The position numbers and the translations under genes are program-made. Shown here piece by piece: positions 13,923-25,380 of a stretch of DNA of 64,000 bases. The notes under the pieces are model-generated. The model did no database searches. It was not told the origin of the DNA and worked only from the letters and a program-made list of their open reading frames with translations. The stretch comes from Raja brachyura (Eukaryota): positions 43,524,001 through 43,588,000 of the forward strand of contig OY740797.1 of assembly GCA_963514005.1 (NCBI GenBank), read 5' to 3'. Numbering within the stretch: position 1 is the stretch's first letter; each line of letters begins with the position of its first letter.

Positions 13923-13988
13923 CCCCCCCCCCCCCCCCGTCCTCCCCCACCGTCCCCCCCCTCCGTTCTCCCCCCTCCGTCCTCCCCA
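13923..13988 (+). repeat. C-rich low-complexity tract (G-quadruplex-prone on - strand)
   Basis: C16 run followed by CCGTCCTCCCC-like units. Confidence 0.8.
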
Positions 13989-16968
13989 ATCACCACCAAT
14001 TCTCCCATTTCTAGTTGATGATCATCAATAAAACTGAACTAATTGTGTTATGTTGCTGCATTCTTCCCCCTAGGACAGATACCTGTCATTTATACCTTGA
14101 TTGCAATAGACTCTGTATTGGCCCATCTCCCTTCTTCTCCAGCATTGCCCTCTCTTCACAATATCTCGGTGTGTCCTTCCATCTCATTCTCCTGCCACCC
14201 TCTTCCCTTCCTACCTCACTGGTCTTTACTGTCTTTTCTTCACTTGCTCTCTCACTTGGTCTACGTGTCTTTCTCATTGTGGGGGGATAAAGAATTGGAG
14301 AACAAAACAACACGACTTAACAGAGTCAAGGAAATGTGCGTGATATGGGGCCCATCTGTCGGGAAGAATAGGAATGGTCATTATCATCATATTCATGTTG
14401 ACTTGTTTTTTCTTCATTGAAATTGCAAAAATCCTCATTGCTGCAATCCTCCAACCATAGGGGTGTCTGTGAATTTTGGTGATATGCTGTTATATTAAAA
14501 AATCAGCGCACTGTTGATCTCAGCTCTAAACTAAACGTAGGTCCATGGACATGTCCTGTAGACAGATTTAAGGTTGATGTGATATTATTCGTCAACATTT
14601 AATTATCTTCCAGAGACAGAAATAACTAATTCTTCTGATACGTTGTGCCTTGTATGATCTGTTGTCCTTTTCCATAGATTTGTGTTTGATGTAGCTCTTG
14701 CTGATAAGTACATTGTGGTGGGGGGGGTGAAATTTGTGCTGGGGAATTGGTAGCCCAGTCGATTCTATTTTTGATTGTCTAGATTTAACAGTTACAGGCT
14801 TACAGCTTTTGGAACCTGAGATATGACAATTTTAATTGTTAGGGCTTTCAGCTAAGATAACCTATGTTCAATTTATTTTTGTTGCTGGCTACATAAATAT
14901 GCAGCACTGTACTCGGAGACTGTACTCCTGGCAAATGTAAGGTCAAACATCTCTGAAATACCTACGCATTTAAGGTCTGGGACAGCATTTTGACCGAATG
15001 GAGCAGAGTCCTACTTGAAATCCCAGAGGTTCAAACTGTTTGTTTTAAGCTTCTTTCAAGGTCACACATGGTATCAATCAAGAAATGTTTTCCACTCAGC
15101 TTCAGAATTAGTCGTTCTATCCATGCTCCACCAAATGACTGACGAGAAATGGACCAGCAAATCCCCTTGACCGTGCTTGGTGCAAGGCTCTGATTTGTTA
15201 CCAAACTTTAAAGGGTTAACCAGCGTGAATGTTAATATTAGCATGTTTGGTGTTTAATTGTTGTGCCAGTCTTGATCTGTACTGTTGTTCAGCTTGTTGA
15301 TTATTTGTTCTGAAAGTAAAAAAGGATAGGAAATGTGAGAAAGGATGTAAAAGGCTTCAGTGGAACTGGTTTGGAGAACATATTTGTTCCATCTTCCTAG
15401 CTTCCTTTCCCTTGTGAACATACTTTACAAAGTGAGAATCGCCCACATGCACAAATTAAACAAAATGGTGCTGTGAAACCTTAATCTACAAATTACCAAA
15501 ACTGTGATGGTACTGAAATAAATTGCCTGATATTTATGTGTAAAAAGTGTAATGTACAGACATTCTTCAATGATACTTTTGTGCGCTTTCCAGTTTGTTT
15601 TGGTGTCGGATAGAGAATATCAATATTATGATGGCGTGGTAAAGATTCTGCTGCAGACAAAGATGATATATTGAGGAGAGGACAGATCAGTATGAATTGG
15701 TGGCAAATGTTAAGAAGCTGTTTCCGTACAGCCTTCGAGCCATTTTAATGATATTGGGTACATTCGAATCTGCAGCAATTTTTAAAAAGCAAAATATTAT
15801 GGTTTATGAAAGGGGTGAAAAAGTCTTAACAATCTGACTTAAGAACACGGTTCAGGTGGGCATGCAACGAGCTTGCACCCAGCTCCCTGAAACCTAAGAC
15901 GGGATAAAGATCCAGTTAATGGTACTCGACTCAGGCAGCTGAATTGCTGTAGACAGTTGTATTGATTTTCACTGGACTTAAAGCTTCACCTTTTTCTCTA
16001 ATCATTCCATAATGGCTTTAGTATGAACAATCAGGTACAAATGGCCATAAATCTACCAGCCTTATTCCACTTACCTTCCACTCAATGTCAGGCACAGGCT
16101 TGTAGTTAACCCAACTTGGCAGTAGCTTTGGGACATTTTTTTTTAGTGCCTCGTTCTTGCCAGTAAAGCTGTTTCATTTAAAAAAAAGCAGAGATAGGAT
16201 CGTAGAGCAGCCTATGTTTTTTGGGAGTAGATTCTGTTTGTAATCTGAATGCATAGTTTATCGAAGAACGATTCTGCAAAGCAGCTCTTTCGTACAATGC
16301 TTTTGAAATATGATTTCACAGGCTTGCCTATGAGAATATGGGCACCAAGTGTTGGCTTCAAGCAGTCCCTTTTTATGTAATTATGTAAACTAATAATTTA
16401 CAAGGAAATTGATTGGACAGGAAAAATTGCTGCTGTACAGTACATTTTTCATTTCATCATGAAAGCATTAAATATGTTCTTATTTCAGGCACCTCCTGAG
16501 CAAATTTCTATTTAGTTATCACTCTCCTTGCCCCTGTAGATTTAGTTAGAAGCCAAAGGGACACCTGGACCAAGAAACACAAATGAAAGTCTATTCCAAT
16601 TTTAAAATCAAGCATTCTGCCGCAGTTTTCATTTTAACGTAATAAATGTCTTTGCCAAGAAATTCCGTGGTGGACAGCCGGGTAATATATGCTCTATTGC
16701 AGCAATAGCATATTACACGTAACATCTGAAATTAGAGTCCACTAAAGGAAATGGAATGAATATTGGAGGCAGATTTCAACAAATGGCTCAGTGTTATTGG
16801 CGCTACTGACCAGGGATGACTTTCTCGGCAACAATGCTGGAGAGGACTTGTCCACATCATCTTGTGCTGTAATGAAGCTATCACACTGGTGGTGGTGCTA
16901 TACCAGACACTGGCAACATTTGCAAAAACTGCATAACATTGTTTTCAACGTAACATTGAGAATTTGAT

Positions 16969-17104
16969 CTTCTTCTTTCGTGTGGCGTGCACAGCCTAAA
17001 GTTGTAGGACAACTTGTTCTATTTGATCTTCTCATTGTGCACGTCGAGTTGATTGCATTAGTCGAAACAGGGCGGACCACGTGAAGGTTGCAATCTTCCA
17101 CCCC
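16969..17104 (-). mobile_element. Short non-autonomous retroelement headed by an HDV-like ribozyme, copy 1
   Basis: Perfect 11-bp TSD GAGAATTTGAT (16958-16968 and 17105-17115); minus-strand 3' tail ...GAAAGAAGAAG; closely similar second copy at 44198-44336; no tRNA A/B box head. Confidence 0.85.
17051..17104 (-). ncRNA. HDV-like (CPEB3-type) self-cleaving ribozyme, minimal P4
   Basis: Minus strand: GGGGUGG(P1) AA GAUUGCA(P2) ACC(P3) UUCACGU(L3) GGU(P3) CCGCCCU(P1, G1-U wobble) G UUUCGA(mini P4) CUAA(J4/2, catalytic C) UGCAAUC(P2). All nested double-pseudoknot pairings can be drawn. Confidence 0.8.
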
Positions 17105-17919
17105 GAGAATTTGATGAAGATTCAGATCTTATCAGTGACGACCATTTACTAGAAATAAGGTGATTTTCAAACCATTGGGACGAAGTAGAACAAATGGGTC
17201 ACCTGTACAATAAATGGTGGCTGTGTATGAAGGCATTTCTGAATTCTGTCAAATAGAAGGAATTTAGTTGACAAAATGTGAATTATTTATTCATATGCTG
17301 TTTCACATTCGTAGTATAGTGCCAATTTTGGTTGCACATAAGCCAGCAGCTAACGTTGGAATACCATCCCATTTCCCAATCCATGAGTCTCACCGAACAT
17401 AGAAACTCAGTGCAGGAGTAGGTCATTCAGCCCTTTGAGCCAGCACTGCCATTCAATATGGTCATGGCTGATCATCCAAAATCAGTACCCCGTTCCTGCC
17501 TTTTCCCCACATCCCTTGATTCCGTTAGCCCTAAGAGCGATATCTAACTCCATCTTGAATATATCCCCCTCCTCACTCAGTGCAACCTCCTCCACAAATC
17601 TGCATTTCTCACGCACTTTGTGTGGATGTTAACCTTTAGAAGGCCAAAGTAAGCACTCAAAATGTGACCATTGAATTGGAATGAAATTCAAGAAATGTCC
17701 TTGAGAGATCATTAAATCGTGTTTTTTTTTGCTCATGGACAATAACTGGACAGAAACAGCCTTAGTCCTCCATCGCGTAGGGTTTGCTCAGGATCAGGTC
17801 ACTGGTAACCTATTATTGACATTAGAAAATAACATATAGATATCGGTTCTATATCACACAATTTATGTGTTTTATGTTAGTATGGGCAAAATAATTCAAG
17901 AGGAGCAAACACTAATCAT

Positions 17920-18129
17920 GTAGATACAAAAAGCTGGAGTAACTCAGCGAGACGGGCAGCATCTCTGGACAGAAGGAATGGGTGACGTTTCGGGTCGAGA
18001 CCCTTCTTCAGACTCGACCCGAAAAGGTCTCGACCCGAAACATCACCCATTCCTCTCCAGAGATGCTGCCTGTACCACGCGTTATGTGCATATCTTCAGT
18101 TTAAACCAGCATCTGCAGTTCCTTCTTAC
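17920..18129. mobile_element. Palindromic Penelope-end insertion with intact hammerhead-like core on - strand (18011 to 17984)
   Basis: Inverted arms of about 90 bp; TSD ACAYTAATCAT (17909-17919, 18130-18140). Confidence 0.8.
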
Positions 18130-18736
18130 ACATTAATCATCGATTGCTTTCAGGCCTGGGTGAATGGAGCTTAATTGCTTTTTGTCCTAATTGTTACAAA
18201 TGCTCAATAATCAAAATGCACATGAGATTAAGAGCATATGGCTCATTCTCCAAATCCATCAATCCATCTGTACACAATTGCAACGTTTAAGAAACATTTA
18301 GACAGGTACATGGAGAGGACAGGTTTGGAGGGATGGGACTAGTGTAGATGAGGCTTTGGTCGGTGTGGGCAGGTTGGGCTGATGGACCTATGTCCATGTT
18401 GTATGACTGTCTGGAACTGACATTCAGAAGATAATATTAAGTATGACCAACAGGAAACCTGAACTAAACGAAAATAGAGGGATATTGATAGGAAAATGTA
18501 ATCCTTTTCCTTATTTCATTTGAAAGACTGAATTAGAAATCATTAAAAGATGCAGAGTAAGCCTGGTCACACTGCCTCTGGCACTCGGATCTTCGTTGAC
18601 TTTGGGTTGCCAGATGCAAATTCTGAGTCATCATGGCCACGCAACTCAAACACAAATCTGCACCTAATACTGATCAGCAGTATTAGGTGAGTGGAAGAAC
18701 ATCTGTTGTAGAAAATGAAACAATCTTGAATTGCAG

Positions 18737-19042
18737 ATTTAGTTTAGAGCTACAGCGTGGAAACAGGCCCTTTGATCGACCAAGTCCTCGTTGACCAATG
18801 ATCACCCATACACTCATTCTATGTTACCCCAGTTTTGCAAACTAGAGGAGCTGTTTACAGAAGACAACTAACCTACAAACCTGCATGCTTTTGGAATGTG
18901 GAAGAAACCGGAGCACCTGGCGGAAACCCACGCGGTCACAGGGAGAACGTACAAACTCCCTACAGAAAGTGCCCACAGTCAGGATCGGACCTGGGTCTCT
19001 GACGCTGTAAGGCAGCAATTCTACTGCTGCGCCACTCTGCCA
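18737..19042 (-). mobile_element. HE1-like V-SINE
   Basis: Full head, V-domain and tail in reverse orientation. Confidence 0.85.
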
Positions 19043-19159
19043 CTAGTTTGCTGAAAAGAGACACAAAGCACTGGGGTAACTCAGCAGGTCAGGCAGCATC
19101 TCTGGAAAATATGGATTGGTGACGTTTCAGGTTGTGACCTTTCTTCAAACAATTAATCC

Positions 19160-19400
19160 AGCTCTTTACATGAACCCATGACATTCAAAGATACACTAGG
19201 CCCATGAAATAGTTTTAGTGTAGTCAGTCATGTTTTGTACGCAAGTGCAGTGGCCAGTCTGTACACAGTAGGGTCACACAAACAGCAACAAGAATAAATG
19301 GACATTGTAGTCTGTAGTTAACCATATTAGCTCAGGAATAAATGTTAGCTAGGATAATTTACTACATGGTTAAATAATGCAAATGATGTACACTTGAATA
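19160..19400 (-). mobile_element. Ancient Deu-domain SINE remnant
   Basis: agtgtagtca..ggccagtctgtacacagtagggtcacacaaacagcaa..ataaatgttagctagga is a reverse-complement match to the same pattern. Confidence 0.45.
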
Positions 19401-22400
19401 GTCAACGTGTGAAATTATTGAATGGAACTCAGAGGATTGTGAAGCTGACTCCTCAAAGGACAATGTCTACACTTCTTCCACACATACCGTTCACAAAGAA
19501 GGGCAATAGTGAGAGGCATCCACTCATGGACTTTCCATCATTTTTTACTTTCGGCTCAGGTATTGTGAATTAGGAAGCAGGTCAATGCTTGGTGCGTCAA
19601 CTGGAAAGGGCATTGTGACTTAGAAAGGTGGTGATAAGACAGGAGTCATTATTATGTTGGACAAAACTGTTCTTTTGGTAGCTGTTACAGGCTAGGAATG
19701 TTTGATTTCACTTTCGGCACTGTGCTGGTACACACATTTGATGACAATATTGTTTATCTCTCTTCTAAAACTGTGTCCAAGAGAACTTCAGACAGCTCAT
19801 TCAGAAGAGGGGAATGGGATGAGGAGAAAAGAGACAGGCGTGCTTGCATTGCGGGGGAGAGAGGTGTGCATGCATGTGAGTGCATATATGCATGGACATT
19901 GCCCTAAAAAAGCTGTTTCTTGCTAACTGTCTCTAATGTACTTCACCCCTTTAGTTTTGAATTCTATTGTTTCATCCCTAAGCTTGGCTGTTATTTTATC
20001 ATGATCTAGTATATGTCCTGATTTATAAATTACACTACGAGCAGTCAGAAGAAGGGCCTCTATTCCTCTCTCCAGAGATGCTGCCTGTCCCGCAGAGTTA
20101 CTCCAGCTTTTTGTGTATAAATTACGCAAAATGCTTAATTGAGGCTTAAATAAACAGCAGGTTGTGAAACCTATGGACATTCTTAACATTATACGATTTA
20201 AAACTTGTGCAGTTCCCATTGAGGTCTTTGCTCCTATTTTCTGCACCCCTTCTCCATTCTCCAGGAATTTGGATGGTCCAGGAAATGGATTTCTCCATGA
20301 ATCTCGTCTCCCTGGTCCACGATCTTGAAGTGCAAACTGCTCCTCCTGGTGGCCAGGGTGGGATGTTGAATTTCAGCTTTTAAGGGGAACGCAGGTCAAA
20401 GTTCAGCACATCTGTCCCAAGGTGACTCTGACCCTGCCAATACCCTGAATATGTTTGTAACATTATTCATATTTGGGCTGCATCAGATTTCAATAAATCA
20501 ACATTTTGCCAATCTTGTATCAATAACATTAAGATATGAATGTTATTAAAAAATAAATCCCAAGTAAATGTCGTTCCTGCCTGCTTGCTGTACTTTCAAT
20601 CTCTTGTGTGAACTTGTAACACTTGTACTGTCCTACCAGTAGAGGCAATGGGAAGCCATGGTCGTCAGATGTCTAAAATTATAGCCTTACGGTTTTACAA
20701 AGGCATTTCCTGTTACTAATGTGGGTGTCAGGAATTCACAATGAAACATAAAAGTACAGAGACAGTGTATGGTTTTAAAACGGGGACCAAATTACATTTG
20801 CCTGGTTTTGTCAAATTCCACCACCGACCTCTATTGCAAAGGTCTGTGAAAACTATACTTCATCCCAACTGTAGAGGGTGGAATCCAAATGGCAGGGGCA
20901 GGATACAATAGGTAGGTGACTGGCTGGTCTTTATGTATAGGCAGGTAGGTATCTAATAGACAGTCAAGCTCTGCTGCCTGAAAAGTTAAACTACATCCCA
21001 TCCTCACCACAATATGTAACGTTCACTCGCAGTTGACTTGTTATTTAACAAATTGAAAACATGGAGACGAACGAATCTCGGAGGGCAGTGCTTTCTAAAA
21101 TAGCTAAATAATGGGCCAGAAAACCCACAGAGAGTGTAACCGCCTCTTTATCGCATGCTGCCACGCAGTGATGGCATTTCCCCATCAGCTACTTTTGTTT
21201 CTGTCTGAATACACCGACCTCTTTCTGTCGAACCGTTGGAGAGGAGAGGAGAGGAGAGGAGGTACAGTTGTGGGTAGTTGCTGGATACTTTCAAGTTTAT
21301 CTGGGCTGGTGTGGTCTGCCGTAATTGAGATTGATTGGATGTTATTTTTCCTCTTGCAAATGTAATCCATTAGTTTGGCACATGCATAATCAGTTTAGAG
21401 CCCAGTTAACTGGATGTAATCTAGTTCTTCAATGTCTGTTGCAGCAAATCTGCTCCAGATGCCAGTTACAGAGTGAGTGCGAGCATAGGTCCTATCACAG
21501 CTGAAATCTCTAATATACTCCCTCTCCCTTTTCCTGCTGTCTGCATTGGCTGAACTTACTCTGTTTATCCGTATTTGTAACCAATTCAATTTGAGTCGTT
21601 GGGCAGCAGAATTCCCCCGGCTTAAATGTAATATTCCTTTATGAAAACCTATCTTTTAAAAGTTGTCTTTAAATTGCGGTATATGTACAAGGCATGGTTA
21701 GATGTTAGCAAGGATGATTGTGTCCAATTAACTTATACATTCTTTGGCGCAGTTAGCAAAATGGTATAAATCTTCTAATTCTATTACCTATTTAACCCTT
21801 AGAGATTTCTTTCAAAGTGGAATTCGTTCAGGCTGAAGCCAGTGTTTCTGAATTATTCCAGACAAGAAAAAGTTCTAATGTATTTTCCTAACTCAGCTGC
21901 ATTTCCAGCCAACCTTTCTTCATCAATCGTGGATCAAAATGATTCAGTAACTGGGTTGTTTTTGTTGCCAGATTTTGACTGTCTCACCTCTAACTTCCAG
22001 TCTCCTGCATTTTAAACAAAAGAAAAACCAGATGCAAAACTTACCTGAAAAATTAATAGAGTACAGAAAGAAGCCTTTGTGGCCCGAAAGGCTTGGTGTG
22101 TGATTGTAGGATTCACGATGCTGTAAAATATATATGATAGACACACAATCATCGCAGGTTCTTTTCCCCCCTGGAAACAACATTGCATTTTAATTTTACC
22201 AGCAACTTGTCAGATTAAGCACTTTGGAGAGATAGAGACATAGATTTATTTTAAAATACTGCCTCCCTGTGCAACTGTAACAACCTCGTGTTTATATGCT
22301 CTATATTTTCTGCAGACCAAGTTGCTTTATAAAGACAGAGGCAATCAAATAAATACTTGTTACCAATGAAACACGAGGGAACTGGGGTTTCTATAAGGGT

Positions 22401-24619
22401 CTACTCAGATATGGCAGCCAGCTCCAAGGAGAGGATATATTTATGTTTAGGTAGAAATATCGTGTGTCCTTTCTCCAGAGGGTCTTTGCACAATGAAAAG
22501 GGTGTTGATACAGGAGGCATTCTGTTGTGCAGCAGACAGGTACAGTTCATCACCAGGAATGTAATAATTGCTTTTGTTACTTCAAAGGCTTGAATGTGAC
22601 CTGACAGGCTTGCGTGAGGCCCCAGGTCTACATTGAGCCTATTGATTAAATGAGTTACAGGCTTAGATCAGGGATTTTTCACAATCAAGAAATTTCAGCT
22701 GAATTAAATACACTATATCAATAGCAAGTTGCAGCTGTGCTCGTTCAAAATGCTTAACCCGCCAAGCGGGCTGGCCAAAATTAAAATGTGATTATGTTTC
22801 CCCAGAAAAGAACTCTAATGGGTTATTGTGTGTCAACCGTGTGTGTGTCAGGAGCTATTTACCACTATATTGTGAATTCTAAATTTACACGCTAACACTT
22901 TTGGACCACAAAGTCTACTTTAAAGACTATTAAAAATAAAATCTTCTCACAGTAGCAGCCATTATAATGGCTCTCACACATGCGAAAGCGCATCAGTAAG
23001 TCTCCATCAGTTCTGTGATATTGAGTTCCTTGGGGGTTTTAGTATAAACTTTCAACCACATTCTGCCTTAACACCTTGCAGATTAGAACCAGTAGGCCAG
23101 TGTTTCTCGCTTTTTTGTATACAGGGCTCACTCTGTCTGACCTGACCCTGGACCCAAGCTCACAATATGCACATGGAATGAATACAGATTTTAAAATGTT
23201 GCTTTTTTCCCCCCTCATCATCTTGGTATCCCACAGGCCTTGCTGTCAAAATCTATGGATGAGCCTGGGGCCAGATGCTGAGAAATCCTCCATCGCTTTA
23301 TTTGGAAATGCATCCTGCATTACACGGCAGTGTTTCTGGCATAGTAATATTATAATTCTTGTCCTTGGAAGGTGGTTGAAGGGCAACTATAAAAGACTCA
23401 AAAGCCTTGCAAGTGTTGTAAGCCTTTGATTGTGAAAAGCCAAGTCCAGTGTATTCAACACAGCATTCTCTTTGTTTCGAGACCATTAGTTTGAATTGTA
23501 AAGCTTAAATACCGAGCTTGTTGCAAGACTATGTAGGGTTGGTTTATTGCAGCAGCCTTGACGTCATGTCCACTGGAGCCATTTTCATCGTGGGTTGCCA
23601 AAAGCCATTAATCACGGTGCCAGTTTCATTTGATGGCACTTACAATTGTTTCACATCTGGGACAGTTGCAGCACTCACTACACTCCTGATTCCACACCTT
23701 TGGTTCACATCTGTCAACGAAAAGGATTTTTGAACACACACACTTTCAAACTTTGCTATCCAATGCTAAACTCGTTTCTCTCTCATAAGCATCGTGGAAC
23801 ATTAACGGAACTGAAATGTGATTAAATCCCCGCAGGTAAATGGCCTGAGAACCAGGATTTTGTAGGGGAGAAGCATGCAGATAATGGATGCACTTGTTGT
23901 CAGCATTCATTGCGCCACCGATTTCTATTTTGGTTCCCATAGATTGTAAAATAAAAAATTGCAACACCTTATGAAACAAAGTAAGGAGAGAGAAAACAGG
24001 AAACTGTAGACCAATTAGCCCGACATCAGAAATATGAAAAATGCTGAATTCTATAAATAAGGAAGTGGTAACATTTAGAAAATAATAATTGGCTTAGGAA
24101 AGTCAATGTGGATTTATTAAATGGGAATTGATTTTGATAACATTGTTGGAGTTTTTTGTGTTTGTAACTAGCAGAATAAATAAGAACAATGCATTTGATC
24201 CACATATAACTATTTACAGAAGGCTTCAATAAGGTACCGCAGGAGATATTATTAAACAGAATTAAATTGCATGGTGGCGGTGCCAAAATGCACTGTGGAT
24301 AGAGAACTTAGTTAGTGAGCAGAACAGAGAGAGTAGAAATGATCAGAACGTTGTTTTCAGGTCGGGAGCCGAGTGGGGTATCAAGCAATCATTGCTGGGG
24401 CTTCAGCTGTTCATACACTGTAATGGTTATCTCGATCGATTCACATATATACATGGTGGAACCTGGCCTGAAAAGCCAGTCTGAAGAAGGGTGGCAATCT
24501 GCAACATCACCCATCCTTTGTCTCCAGAGAAGCTGCCTGACCCGCTGAGATACTCCAGCACTTTGGGTCTATCTTTGGTATAAACCAGCATCAGCAGTTC
24601 CTTGTTTCTACTCTACATG

Positions 24620-25380
24620 TGGTGGTGTGGGTTGTGACAAGGGACTTCAGAAAGACATTACATGGAAAATAATGTGCGGAGAATGTGAGGTTATCTACTT
24701 AAGGAAAAAAAAAGAAAGCTAGAGGATTTTTACATGAGAAAAGATTACAAAGAGTTGATGTTGAGAGGAACATAGATGCCCTTGTACCTGAGTCTTTCAA
24801 AGTTTACATGTGGTAAGGAAAGCAAATGGAATGGTTGTCATTATCGCAACAGGAATGAAGAACAAGATTAGAGATGTCCAGCTCCAATTAGAGAAGGCCC
24901 TGCTGAGATCAGATGTGGAATATTGTACATGGAGGTTGTCACGCCCTCTGAGAAAAGGTACACTTGGGATCGAGGGTGTGCAGCAAAGATTCAGCAGATC
25001 GATTCCAGGGATGTCAGGTGCGATCTCTGGTCCTGAGATTAAAAGAGTGAGTGATGATCTCATTAAAAAACATACTAACTTCCTAGTGGGCTTAACAGGT
25101 AGTTTGAAGGGGAGTCTGGAACCAGGGTTACAGTATCAAACTAAGAGGTTGAACATTCAGGAATGAGATGAGGGAAAATTCCTTCACAAAATACTGGGGA
25201 GTTTTCGGATGGCTTTGGAATCTGAGTTGCTGATTTCACATAAGACAGAGATCAGTAGATTATTAGATAGCAAGACAATCATAGGAAACAAGATTAGTGC
25301 AGAAAAGTGGTGCTGATGCAAAAGATTAATCATGATCTCATTGAAGATTATCTATGATCTTATTGAATGGAGCAAGCAGA
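24620..25380 (+). mobile_element. Decayed CR1 ORF2 3' fragment
   Basis: ORF 24810-25166: VRKANGM...LEKALLRSDVEYCTW...IEGVQQRFSRSIPGM, the CR1 ORF2 C-terminal pattern. Confidence 0.75.

Noticed and set aside
17920-18129. Palindromes as pre-miRNA genes or MITEs
   Set aside because: The arms are PLE termini with long, variable TSDs and variable centres; no evidence for miRNA processing.
20522-20547. 9-bp AT-rich inverted repeat, and small direct duplications at about 2812 and 7378
   Set aside because: Expected by chance or replication slippage in AT-rich DNA.
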